A stretch of DNA of 62,365 nt, counting the filler, from Choristocarpus tenellus KU-1152 (lineage: Eukaryota > Protista > Phaeophyceae), in the NCBI GenBank assembly GCA_964200185.2. It is 11 parts of 11 records of this genome, joined end to end, with 100 filler letters (N's around TTAATTAATTAA, not from the genome) between each part and the next. Parts side by side here need not be neighbours in the genome. Positions count along the whole stretch, not along the records: positions 18,218 to 28,113 come from CAXNAD020003300.1; positions 28,214 to 33,758 come from CAXNAD020010460.1; positions 33,859 to 38,312 come from CAXNAD020014478.1; 8 more parts are not named here. One strand, written 5' to 3'. Positions 24,601 through 36,427 of the stretch are shown here, in pieces (position 1 is the first letter of the stretch; each line of letters begins with the position of its first letter). The translations under genes were made by a program, and so were the position numbers. The notes beneath the pieces were generated by a model. It was not told where the DNA came from, searched no databases, and saw nothing but the letters and a program-made list of their open reading frames with translations.

Positions 24601-25764
24601 CTTCTGCCCTTGCTGATATCCTACCTGTTGCGTCAAGAGGTGCATGGGCAACCCAGGTAAAGTCCAGGCAGAAGGCTCTTGAGAAACTCCTTGCCAGCGA
24701 CAAGTATGTGAAGCCGCCAACAAACTACGGAAAACCATTCCGATTCCGGTTCCCTCCAGCACCTCGCTCAAGCCAGGAGGTGCTGACTGTGAGTCATGTG
24801 CACCATGGATATCCTGGTCGGACTCTATTTGAGGATGCGAATCTTGTGGTGGACAAGGGTCAACGACTTGCATTTCTTGGCCCCAATGGAGCTGGAAAGT
24901 CTACACTGTTGCGCCTCATTATGGGAAAAGAAGAACCTAATGAAGGCACAAGCACACTAGGACCAAGTGTGGTTGCGCAATACTTTGAGCAGAATCAGGC
25001 AGATGCTCTAGACCTATCCAAGACAGTCATGCAGACCCTTGAGTCAGCTTCTACACTGGAGAAGCACGAGGACTTGCGCAAACTTTTGGGACAGTTCTTG
25101 TTTAAGGGAGATGCTGTTAAAAAGACTGTGGGGCAGCTTAGTGGAGGGGAGAAGGCACGAGTGGCTCTCTGCAAAATGATGCTTACCCCAGCTAACCTTC
25201 TTGTACTAGATGAGCCCACCAATCATTTGGATATACCGGCAAAAGAGATGTTAGAGGAGGCACTTCAACACTACGAGGGAGCTGTGGTTGTCGTCTCGCA
25301 CGATAGGTACTTTGTCAGTCAGGTACGATGTACTGTTAACATCAATAGTATAGCAGAAACTGTGATACTGATGTTCGACAGTTCAAGTTGCATGCATTGT
25401 CAGTTTTCAATTGAAGCTGTTGCTTGTTTGCCAAAAACAGATGGTGACATTTGCTCCACAATTTGTGTGTATCTCCTTCCAGGTTGCAACAACAGTCTGT
25501 GACATCAAGGATCGTGCACTGTCTCGCTATGATGGTGACTACCGATACTACCTTGATCGTAATGATGATATCCTTGACAAGGTAGAGTCGAGATATGTAT
25601 CAGGCCTAAGTGGCATTAAGAGTGCAAAGAGGGTTGAGACTTCTGATGGACAGGATGCTTCGACTGGCTCAGGTAAAAAGAGCTTTGGTGGTAAGGGAGG
25701 ACCAAGCGGAAGGAAGGACAAGGGTGTAAAGAATGCAAAGCGCTTCTCAGAAAAGAAGGAATAG
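18670..25764 (+). CDS. ABCF: Plastid-targeted ABC-F family ATPase (two ABC domains, no TMD; similar to plant plastid ABCF5 / bacterial Uup-YheS-EttA group)
   Basis: Exons 18670-19048, 19162-19326, 19451-19612 (GC donor), 19696-19865, 20141-20420, 22623-22831, 23659-23816, 23953-24336, 24638-25322, 25483-25764, all phase-consistent. Walker A GPNGGGKT and GPNGAGKS; signatures FSGGW and LSGGE; two LDEPTNHLD; two VSHDR; N-terminal signal peptide ending TSA-FVAP. Confidence 0.93.
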
Positions 25765-25803
25765 AAACAATGTGGTGGTGATCAATATCATTATGTTAGA
25801 GAT

Positions 25804-27911
25804 TTATGCTGGCAATATTTCAAGACGCTTTGTGGAGGGTTTGTAATCCCGAGCAAATGCTGAATATGGGTACAGTGAACTGTGTCCATCACTCCACTTA
25901 ACCGAAACAGCGTAGTTTCCAATGGGTGCAAAGTCTAGTGGCTTGATGTCTTCAGAAACATCTTCAGGATTGAGCAAGGGCCTTCCTGAGAACTCCTCCA
26001 CACACAGAGCACATCGACACTGTCGTCGGAGTGCTGCAGGAGATATGGAATCTCTGTGTTCTCCAGTTTGAATGGTGATCACATGTTCTGCGGGCTGATA
26101 TGAAAGGGAAGGACGATCAGCTGTGCTAAACTTCAACTTCGATACCTCACGAACAACAGCTCCTGCAAGTTCAAGGAATAGTTGAGTGCGCTCATCAGAG
26201 GGGTGAGAAACAACGTAAGGAACACCACTGTCACCACACTCAGCCAAATCCTCAAATAGAGGCATCTGAACCGTGTTGGTTATCCCCCACATATCAGCAA
26301 GACGCTGCTGGTGCCCTTTCCCGAATATGTACTGCTTTGTTTTGGCATTCTCCACAACTCTATGAACAGACTGCAAAAGAAGTTCTGTCCTCAGGTCAGG
26401 ATCATTCCTTTCCACCCCTTCCCTTGCGTTAACATTCACACCCTCAGTCTCTGCTGCTGCATGAAGCTCCTCCGTACTAAGCTGCATTATACTTTTAACA
26501 GTGTCGTTAAGGCATCCTGTCAGACCTGCTTGTCCAACAGCATTATAGTACGCCATATTCTCAACAACCGCTACACTGGGGACATTAACTGTGTCGAACA
26601 TGTCGATGCCCTTGACCACATCTGTAAAGCTCAACTTCTGGGGGGTTGTCACTATCACTGCTGCTGTGATATTGAGAACCTGTCATGCAAGGAAGGAGGG
26701 AAGCAGGCAGTTGATTGAGGTGTATGCTCTCATTTGCTTTGCCTGTCCACGTTTTGCTAACTATATAAATCATTTTCGTTTAATTGCATAGTAGAGGATG
26801 AAACTGAATACACTGCTGAATTGCTGTGATGGAAACAATATGATACACAACATACATTGCATTAAAATGTTCACACTACAAGACAAGGGCAAAGGTGAGA
26901 AACCCCTGCCTAATAAACTCTGATGGCCATCTCTTGTAAGTCACACAATACTACAGCAAGTACCAGATTATTCACCTGGCAAAGGGTCAGCTGAATATCT
27001 CCAGTACCAGGTGGCATGTCAATTACCAGGTAGTCCAGCTCCCCCCAGCTAGTCAAAGTTACAAATTGTTGTAGGAGCTGCGAAACCATTGGTCCACGCA
27101 TGATAGCTGCGCCCTGATTGACGTACCCATAGCTCATGAGCTTGACTCCGTGCGCCTCTAAAGGCCTGATTTGATTACCAATAAACTCGACCACATCATT
27201 AGGCGGCTTGACCATTGTCGGCAAGCTTGGACCATAGATATCTGTGTCCAAAAGGCCCACTTTTCCCCCTTGCCGATGAAGCGCGTATGCCAAATTGACT
27301 GCGGTGGTCGACTTCCCAACCCCACCTTTGCAGCTAGATACAGCTATAATACTAGCCACCTTAGAAAGTCCAGTTGGAATTGTGTCCGACACTGGTCTGG
27401 CTGGCTGTGCTGTCATTTTGACGTCTGCATGGTCCACCCATGGCAAACTTTCTACCAAGTCTTTGCACTCAGTTTGAAAAACCTCCTTAACGGGACACGC
27501 GGGGGTAGTGAGTTCGACGCTGAAAGCGACAACATTTCCTTCGTCCACACCCGCATTCTTGTCCACACGCAATTCCTTAATGAAGCCCAGAGTAACGATG
27601 TCTTGTCCAAGGTCGGGGTCTATAACTGCAGACAATACCTCAAGTACTTCCTTCTTCCTGTCTTCACTCAATCCCTCGCTGCTACTATCTTCGCTCAGGT
27701 CCTCAACTTTCCCCATAGCTGCATGCCGAAAACGTCCAGTACTCTGCGCTACGTAGCCCCATGCGGACATCCTTGGAGGGGCAGGAGTAATAACTGGGAA
27801 CCGTGTGGTGATTGTTGAAGGTGAGGACATTGCATGTCTTCCTCCGACTATAGTGGGAAGGAAAGCATCCACGCTAATACCTAGAAAGCATATTGACAGA
27901 AGCGCCAGCAT
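25804..27911 (-). CDS. HCF101: HCF101 plastid Fe-S cluster scaffold (DUF59 + Mrp/NBP35 P-loop ATPase + C-terminal DUF971/GBBH-like domain)
   Basis: Exons 27911-26976 and 26679-25804. Signal peptide [19 protein letters not shown]; [17 protein letters not shown] and LTTPACP (DUF59); [39 protein letters not shown]; C-terminal [10 protein letters not shown]...[17 protein letters not shown]. Confidence 0.93.
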
Positions 27912-28113
27912 GCTATAATGCTGTGGTGACCTGGTATCTGGGCTTCTTTGTGTTGGTCGTGATGTTGAAGGTAGTAATCGTCCCACGTCCTACTATTCTG
28001 CTATGTAGCACCACGGGGATGCCCTGTAGCACCCGAACATTTTCTTGAAGAAACAGTGGGTTCGCAAAATTGAGGATGGAGCGGGACTATGAGGATGGTT
28101 GTTTTGCGAAAAC

Positions 28114-28213
28114 NNNNNNNNNNNNNNNNNNNNNNNNNNNNNNNNNNNNNNNNNNNNTTAATTAATTAANNNNNNNNNNNNNNNNNNNNNNNNNNNNNNN
28201 NNNNNNNNNNNNN
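28114..28213. other. Artificial contig linker
   Basis: N44-TTAATTAATTAA-N44. Confidence 0.99.
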
Positions 28214-29400
28214 AGGTATGGAGGAATTCAGCAGGAGAGAGATGAGTGCCTCCTCCAGAAAACTTCCCAGCAGGTAACAACTGTATGCCTGAAGGACAAG
28301 GTGAGGTTCAGCCGGTACATTTTAGAACAAGAGATTAAAGCAATGATAATTATGGGCACTGAAAGGAACATGAGACAGCAGAAGGTGGAATGAAGAAGCT
28401 GCCCACATTTTACCACACATTAATGTACATTGGTTCTATAGGCTGAAGTCCTTAGAAAAGACAATCACTGAACTCACTACTTTAATATATATTTTTCCTC
28501 TTTTCTATTTGTAACAACTCTCTGTGATCTTGAATCCTTACCTTTTTCTAATGTTATTTATTATTACTTCTCATCCCATCATCCCCTGATTTTTAAATTT
28601 CATTTTCTTTTCATAGTGGTCACCCTCCATATTTACTGACTTTTTCTTTTCTTTTTCTTCCCTTTTACTTTTTATCTTTTTAAAAAATTCTATTTACTAT
28701 TCAGGTTCCATTTTGTTACCCTCATCAGCCACACTTTTTTTTATTATTTATTTTCTATTTATTGCTCATTTTATCTTTATTTATTATTAGTACTGTTTGT
28801 TGCTCTCATTGACCCTTCTTTATTTCTTTATTTATTTTCATTGCCTGTTTGCACACTAGCAACCTTGAGTATGCTTTATGCATGGGGGGCATGGGGCATA
28901 GGACAGGCAATAATCAGATGCTGTGTAGGTCATGAATAATGTAATTAAGTCTAATCCTTGATAGCACTTACATTTATCTAACCGGGAAGATTGGAACGGA
29001 AGACACACAAATTGTATGCCTAATCATAGCTATGTATTTTGTAACTTTTGAAGGTCCAGTGAGTTGTATATATTCTTATAAAAAAGTATATACTCTTATG
29101 TGGTCGGACATATATTGATCTTTGACTGTGCCTTACGACTTTTGAGGATCCGTTCTCGAAGGAAACGAGAGGATTATTAATCATTGTTGGAATCCATGGT
29201 TTAATTTGGAACTGGAGTCCCTATGTTGGAGAAAACTGACAGAGTCGGAACTGAAGTCCCTATGTTACCGAATGGCAATTATGCATGCCGCCGCAGCATT
29301 ATCTAAGGTGATGGATATTTATTATCCAGATAATGATTATTGCCTGTGGAAAGCATGGAACAGGTAGTCCCTGCATGGAACATAGGATAGCAAACGTTGG
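28214..29400 (+). mobile_element. Non-coding LTR-element segment: T-rich internal region, PPT, LTR-like unit A (from 28899)
   Basis: Reverse-complement copy at ~34355-35672; G-run GGGGGGCA precedes TAGGACAGGCAATAATC; 13-bp inverted repeat ACAGGCAATAATC (28903-28915) / GATTATTGCCTGT (29335-29347). Confidence 0.7.
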
Positions 29401-29905
29401 CACCATGAAGTGACTTACACCTGAACAGACAGCAATTTATATAAGATGTTTTGCTTTTTTTGAATATATATATCACCCCACACTGTCTCCTTGCTCTCTG
29501 TGTGTGTTGGTAGATTCAGAACTAGAGTGTATCCCTCCCTCACATAATGAACTGAGTCTAGGTGTAACACAAATGTTACTTCAGAGAACAGTTGATGCCG
29601 CACTCTCATGAATACTGTCAGCTCTGCAAGATTGCCACATGGGACCTGATAATCGAGACTTAGGCGTTAGAGGTTGGTTACCACTCAGTAGTTCCCAGGA
29701 TCAAAGTATGCCACTGTGTAATCCCCCTTCCTCTGGTTAGATGACCTCAGATAAAACACCTAAGGTAGACCGGACAAACACCCCACAGCAACTCCTTCCC
29801 CCGCTTAACGCCTCTGATACTTTTGGTTGGCAACCTTCAGACTCTACCCTCGAAGACAGGGTAGAAATAAAAGGAAAAGCAGGAGAAGAAAAGCCACTAC
29901 AGTAA

Positions 29906-30184
29906 GATGTCTTCTATGCCCTATGGGACCTCTATAATCCAGACACAAGCCCACGCCCTACTGACACCTCCCGCCAAGGAAAATCCTTGTCTAGAGAGGA
30001 TGCATTACGCCTTTTCCCCACAGGTGCTACTGTCAAGAAGTCATGGAAAGACAAGAAGGGAAAGGATAAGTGGTACATAGGTACAGTTTTTGACTTCAAG
30101 TCACCCTACTGGAGGGTACGGTTTAATGATGGGGATTGGGAAGAAATGAACAAAAGTGAAATGAGTCGTTTCTCCCGAGAATAA
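29906..30184 (+). pseudogene. Retroelement pol C-terminal remnant with a Tudor-like domain
   Basis: Frame DVFYALWDLY...SREDALRLFPTGATVKKSWKDKKGKDKWYIGTVFDFKSPYWRVRFNDGDWEEMNKSEM*; pattern V-x-K...Y-x-G-x-V...W-x-V-x-F-x-DGD-x-EE is Tudor-like; ends ~120 nt before a PPT and LTR. Confidence 0.65.
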
Positions 30185-30312
30185 TCCAACAGGTAACCAC
30201 TACGCATCCAGAAGGCAAGGTACGTAAGGACTAACCGATTCATAGGCCAGCGTTGATGTTATGGCCTGTTTTACGCACTAGCAGCCGTCAGTATGCTTCG
30301 TGCTGGGGGGCA

Positions 30313-31240
30313 TGAGACAGGCAATAATTGGATGATACTTGGCACTCTAGGAAAGCTGTACCTTAGAGAGAATGAATATATACTCAGAATTTGGCTAGAC
30401 GCAGGCAGATTTCCCCAGGTAGGATAAGGATACATGTTTAGGCCTATTTGAAGTTTGGCATGTTTTTCTGCTCTTCCTTCTCCCTGCTACAGGATGATTT
30501 GAGTCGATTAATGACGTATATTGTCTTCAGCAGTAACAATCACTTGTGGTAAAGGTTGTTATATAGGATACATTCTTTTGTTTTATTTTTGGATTTTCTT
30601 ATTTTCTCCATTTTGTTATCCTGAAGTCCCAGCTCAAAAGAACGTGCATATTTAGATTAGGCAGACACAGTTCTAATAAGAGTACATCCTATGACCTTGT
30701 GGATGGACTCTATATAAAAGAATTGTGGAGATGAATCATTTATGATTAAGGTGATAGGAACTGGGGTCCCATTCATTTTAGGCCATGTCAGAGATGTATA
30801 CTTTGCAATTTTTGAAGATGTTTTAGAAAGAGCAAGTACATACTCAGACTAGCTGAGATGCAAATTATATTCTGTGCCTCTTAGGATAAATTATCCCAAG
30901 AAAAAAATGGATATGTGTTGATCGATTCCGGACCTAGTTGAAATTATATATTTAAAATAAAAATATATACTCTGATTAGCTCAGACATTTATTGATTTTG
31001 ACTGTCTGAAGACTTTTGAGGAAATATTCTCAAGAAACTGGGAGATATGTCAAGTCATTGGTTGGAACTATCTGGAATTTGGAACTGAGGTCCTTGGGTT
31101 GGAGAAAACTGACAAGTTGAAACTGGAGTCCCTCTTTTGTGTGATGGCAACTAACTCATGCCGCTACAGCGTGATCTGAGCTGACAGGTAATATCTATTG
31201 TCTTAATCGGCGACAATCGCCTGTGGTAAGCGTGAAACAT
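30313..31240 (+). mobile_element. LTR-like unit B
   Basis: Preceded by GCTGGGGGGCA; starts TGAGACAGGCAATAA; 3' part homologous to unit A; start matches reverse complement of 33900-34044. Confidence 0.6.
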
Positions 31241-31263
31241 GTATATGTTCACGCTGGGGGGCA

Positions 31264-31705
31264 TGACACGGGCAAATAGTGCGAGTATTTCTTCCCGTGC
31301 TTTAACCAGCGCGAGCAGTATACACGCGGAAGGAACCCCAAAAGGAGAAACTCCGATTTGCCTGAAAGTTGCAAAATAAACTGTAACTTGGGTAGTTGCA
31401 GAGGGTCATGGATGGATGGTCGGAAAGGGCTCTCTGATACATACCAATATTTGTAAACCCGAACAATCCCCCAACGGCAAACAATGATTAGAGTTCCAAA
31501 AAACGGCTCAAACCAGATCAGTTCTTCTGATCTAACAAGACCCACATATCTCACTCTCTATTTTGATGCCAAGCTTTATATACACTTTATACTGATTGAT
31601 TCAATTGAGAGTACCCCTGTTCTGCTGAGCTGACGTTTGATAATCCGTGAATTGGACTTGACTTGTACATCCTGGAAAGGTGAGCATTGACGGGCGCCTG
31701 TAGCA
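31264..31705 (+). mobile_element. LTR (unit C), 3' LTR abutting a truncated Copia RT
   Basis: PPT GCTGGGGGGCA, then TGACACGGGC...GCCTGTAGCA (442 bp); homologous along its length to the solo LTR at 55656-56093. Confidence 0.8.
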
Positions 31706-33160
31706 TTACCACAACCATTACATAGACGTAAAAAAATATCTTCACTAATATCAGCTTGTATGAAAGCTTGTTTCACATCCCAATGATTTAATTCCCAATC
31801 CTTGTCTGCAGCTAAAGCTAAAACCATTTTCAAAGATACAGGGGACGGTGTTGGTGCAAAGTTATTTTGGTAATCTAAACCCTCAATCTGTCGAAAACCT
31901 TTGCTACCAAACGCGCCTTGTATCTAACTACCTCACCAAATTTGATAGTCTTACGCTTGTGAATCCATTTAGTGTCTATAGCCCTGCGTCCAGGGGGTAA
32001 TACGGTCTCCACCCAAACATTATTCAACAACAAACCAGATATCTCTTCTGCTCTAGCTCGATCCCATAGATCACATTCAGGAGAGCTACATGCTGCTCTT
32101 ACAGTCTTGGATTCTGGAGGGAATTCATCCGCTAACACTTGAATAGAATCATCACTCGCACACATCACAAGGGTAGTCTCTATGGAAACAGGCAAACAAG
32201 TCATAAAAAATTGGATATGTCAAAAACAGCAGCTTTGGCGGAAGTAGGATGAGTGCCTGATCTGGTGCAGTGGGGAAGGATGTTGTCTTCACGATTGCCA
32301 ATGCTGAGTCGTCGTAATTCCCTTTCACATTGCCTGTCCTTGGTCTCATCCACCCCATCATCATCACCATCATTGCTATCCACTTCCTTATCCCTACTAG
32401 CAGAATATGAAGAGAGAAGATTGAAAGCTACTTTCTGAACAAATGCAACAGACGTCAGAGTACCATGCACCCACTCATCACGGCCAACATTGAAATTTAA
32501 ATCAATATTGCCATCCCCCATAATGGGTAGTGATGTGCCGTCAGCCACGGTCATGTTGTGGCCTTGTGGACATGGGGCGAAGTCATATATGTACTGCGAG
32601 TCTTTCGTTACACTGTTGGAAGCACCCGAATCAAAACTCCACGTTTCGAAAGCATTCAATCTCACCTTGCCATTATCAGTCACAGTGGCTAACATGGTCT
32701 TAAACTTCCTTCCAGTCTTAGCCGGTTCCTCTGATCCAGCTAGTATTCCTGCCGACTCTAACGGATTCGCCCTCAGGCAATATGAACTTACCACCGACTT
32801 TGGTGGTCCTGCCCTCCTCTGAGGGGCACACAGCTCAAACGGGTGGCCATTCTTCCTGCAGCTGTAACACGGTCCTCTGGATTTACGGGAACTGAAATGC
32901 TTCACCAATCCATACATATCACAAGTCTCTCGGGCCTTGGTAAGCCCCCTGGAACGGGATCCCGTCGTCCCAGGGTCAATACGGTGACCAGTCGTACCCT
33001 GGCTGCCACCTCGGCCAGCCCTTTTCACGGTCCTCGCGGCCAGAGCGCTCCCAGGCTCTCCGCGATCTCCTATTTCTCCTTGACATGAGAAATAGCGCGA
33101 ACGAACAGCTTGTTGTATTGTAGCTCTTGAACGCTGGCCTTGGTGATCTCATCTTCACCC
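31706..33160 (-). mobile_element. Ty1/Copia gag-pol remnant (zinc knuckle, protease, partial RT; integrase absent)
   Basis: CYSCRKNGHPFELC (CX2CX4HX4C); WSFDSGASNSVT (aspartic protease); IDTKWIHKRK...RYKARLVAK and WELNHWDVKQAFIQ (Copia RT); frameshifts. Confidence 0.9.
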
Positions 33161-33504
33161 ACAGCTTCCTTCTAGATGAAATCTATATCACCCACTCTGA
33201 TAAGTTTCTTCTTACTCCATGTGAGACCCATCAGACGCCATGTGATGCAATACCTAATTCAAAAACCAGTCCGGCTGCGCCTCCCCTAGCTAGAGTTTGT
33301 GCTAGGTGCTTAAGCGTGTTGAAAAGCTTGGCGCACGTAAGACTCGTCGCCGAAAGCTAGCAGTTGAATTACATGGTAAAGCACACACTGAATTGTTAAT
33401 TCTCCGCAAGGTATTATCCACTTGATGCTATTGTCCCACTATATCATTTGTAATGTCCCACTTACTCACCATAACATACCGCTGTGTACGTTACTACCTT
33501 GTAT

Positions 33505-33625
33505 TTTATTATTATGCCCTCTGACATTTTGCAGATGTGTCAGGGGGGAAACCAATTAAAACTATATATGTCAGTATGTCAGATGGCATAATAATATAAT
33601 ATATATGTCAGTATAAGCCCTAAAG
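33505..33625 (-). repeat. ~90-bp dispersed element (with small internal rearrangement)
   Basis: ATTATTATGCCCTCTGACATTTTGCAGATGTGTCAGGGGGGAAAC...ATATGTCAGTATAAGCCCTAAAG is the reverse complement of 18334-18420. Confidence 0.85.
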
Positions 33626-33758
33626 AAATCAAATATCCTAAACATAAGAACACATCAAACATTGTAAATGTTGAAACCACTAATCAGTTACTTCCCCACT
33701 ATCAAATATTGCACTACTGTCTTCCTTATCTCCCCATCTACCTACTCCTGTGCCCCGG

Positions 33759-33858
33759 NNNNNNNNNNNNNNNNNNNNNNNNNNNNNNNNNNNNNNNNNN
33801 NNTTAATTAATTAANNNNNNNNNNNNNNNNNNNNNNNNNNNNNNNNNNNNNNNNNNNN
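33759..33858. other. Artificial contig linker
   Basis: N44-TTAATTAATTAA-N44. Confidence 0.99.
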
Positions 33859-35672
33859 CCTAGAGTGCCAAGTATCATCTGGTTATTGCCGAAAATATGC
33901 CCAACTCCTACTAGGCCTAAACATGTATCCCTATCTTACTTGGGGGAATCTGTCTGCGTCTAGCCTAATATGAGTATATCTTTACTCTTTCTAAAGTACA
34001 GCTTCCTTAAAGTGCTGAGTATCATCTGATTATTGCCTGCCTCATGCCCCCCAGCACGAAGCATTCTGACGACTGCTAGTGCGTAAAACAGGCAATAACA
34101 TTAACATCAGCGCCCAAAATAAATATACAATAAAATAAAATAGAGGATACAAGGGACAGAAAAGAAAGAATTGAAGGTAGAGCATAGTAAGGGCGCAAGG
34201 GGGTACCTGGTCTGACAGAAAGGGAGAAATAAAAAAATGAAATAAAAATGAAAATAGCAAAGAAGAAAAAAAGAAAAAAAGAAAAGAGGAAATAAAATAA
34301 AATAAAAGCATCCTATGAAAGTTACTGTCTGGTCTGATATGGGTTACTTCATAGTTCTGACTTCTGCTACCCTATGTTCCATGCAGGGATTACCTGTTCC
34401 ATGTTTTCTACAGGCAATAATCATTATCTGGATAAAAAAATATCCATCACCTTAGATCATGCTGTGGCGGCATGCATAAATGCCATTTGGTAACATAGGG
34501 GCTTCAGTTTAGACTCTGCCAGTTTTCTCCGACGTAGGGACTCCAGTTCCAAATTAACCCATGGATTCCAACAATGATCAACAATCCCCTCGTTTCCTTT
34601 GAGAACGGATCCTCAAAAGTCGTAAGGCACAGTCAAGATCAATATATGTCTGACCAGATAAGAGTATATACTTTTATTTTTTTTAAATATATAGAACTCC
34701 ATCTAGCCTCAAAACAGGTCAGCAAACATCCTTGTTTAACGTAGGAAAACTTTCCAAAGGGTCACAGAATACCATTAGAGTCAGATTGCCCCTGGCCTAG
34801 ACTGAGTATGAATTTGTTCTTTCTGAAACATACCTTCAAAATTTACAAAGTATATAGCTCTGATTGGTCATACAGTTTGTGCGTCTTCCTTTCCAATCTT
34901 CCCGCTTATATAAATGTTACTGCTATCAAGGATTAGACTTATATCATTCATGACCTACACAGCATCTGATTATTGCCTGTCCTATGCCCCCCATTCATAA
35001 AGCATACTCAAGGCTGCTAGTGTGCAAAACAGGCAATGAAAGAAAAATAAATAAATAAAATAAAATAAATGAAGGTCAAAGAGAGCAACAAACAGTACTA
35101 ATAATAAATAAAGAGAAGAGATAAAGTTAAAATGAGCAATAAATAGAAAATAAATAATAAAAAAATGTGTGGATGATGAGGGTAACAAAGTGGAAAATGA
35201 ATAGTAAATAAAATATAATAAAAGCACAAAAAGTAAAAGGGAAGAAAAAAAAGAAAAGAAAAAGTCAGTAAATTATGAGGGTAACAACTATGAAAAGAAA
35301 ACGAAATTCAAAATCAGGGGATGATGGGATGAGAATTAAAAATAAATAACATTAGAAAAACATAAGGATTCAAGATCACAGAGAATTGTTACAAAATAGA
35401 AAAGAGGGGAAAAAAAGAAAAAGTAGTGAGCAGTGTTTATATTTTCCAAGAACTTCAGCCTATACAACCAATGTATAATAATACTGTGTGCTCTAATGTG
35501 GGCAGCTTCATTTTAACTTCTGCTGTCTCACACTCCTTTCAGTTATGATTTTCAATGCTTTAATCTCTTGTTCTAGCATGTACCAGCTGAACCTCACCTT
35601 ATCCCTCAGGCATACAGTTGTTACCTGCTGGAAGGTTTTCTGGAGGAGGCACTCATCTCTCCCTGCCGAATT
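33859..35672 (-). mobile_element. Tandem non-coding LTR-element array (internal-PPT-unit A-internal-PPT-unit B)
   Basis: Reverse-complement homology to 28214-29400 and 30255-30450. Confidence 0.7.
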
Positions 35673-36178
35673 CCTCTTTTCCTCTATCCTTCAACCATAC
35701 CCTCCAGTGGGGTGACTTGGAATCAACAACTGGACCCTGCCTTACCAGTCTGTTCAGCTTTCATCCATCCAAAATGTTTGACACTAGTACCTATAGGGAA
35801 GAGACGTAACACATCCTATCGAGGCAGGAGTTGCTCTTGGCTGGGAACATTAGTTGGACATGGTCTTGAGTTAGGGTTGTGAAGGTCCTAGAAGGCATGA
35901 TAAACATCCAACTGTAGTAAGGTGAAGCTGCTGATTTCTTCTGTTTAGTTACCTATTCTAACAACTATCCATCTTAAAACTTTCCTTTGTACCACAATGC
36001 TATTTGCTAAGGTCTGACTCTGACAAGGGTACATTGTTACTGCTCGATCTGGGTGCTGGAATGTTGACAAAAGGCAACCATGGTGGCAGTGGTGATGGTT
36101 GGGAGCATTGAACTTCTCTAAATAACAGTTCCTCTAGTGTTGTCTACAAATGTTGATCCTAAAAATAATTTGGGAGCC

Positions 36179-36427
36179 AAAGTATCTTAGAGGGTAGAGC
36201 CGCGTCCATTTGGGGGTAAAAATCCAAGGTCGCGATTTTGATGTACTTTTGACTATCGTGTATGTTAGGTAGTGTAAATATCCATGTTCTGGACACAACT
36301 TTTCATATCATATACATTTGACCTACTCCTAAACATTTTGGAGTAGAAAAAAGTCATAAAAAACCCCATGGGAAGTCAAGCCCCAAATGGACAAACAGGG
36401 CAAAACTCGCACCCTCTAAGATACTTT
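36179..36427. mobile_element. MITE family B, 249 bp, perfect 17-bp TIRs
   Basis: AAAGTATCTTAGAGGGT (36179-36195) / ACCCTCTAAGATACTTT (36411-36427); partial copy at 61029-61140. Confidence 0.85.

Noticed and set aside
27171-27818. 215-aa plus-strand ORF and other long antisense ORFs (26311-26718, 7538-7945, 6366-6626)
   Set aside because: Shadows of real coding exons on the opposite strand; no motifs.
27912-27986. N-terminal extension of HCF101 in the ORF track
   Set aside because: Begins at GTG; the ATG at 27911 directly starts a signal peptide. Likewise ABC-F starts at ATG 18670, not GTG 18661.
34042-35227. Phe/Leu/Tyr-rich 'membrane protein' ORFs
   Set aside because: Translations of T-rich low-complexity repeat sequence.
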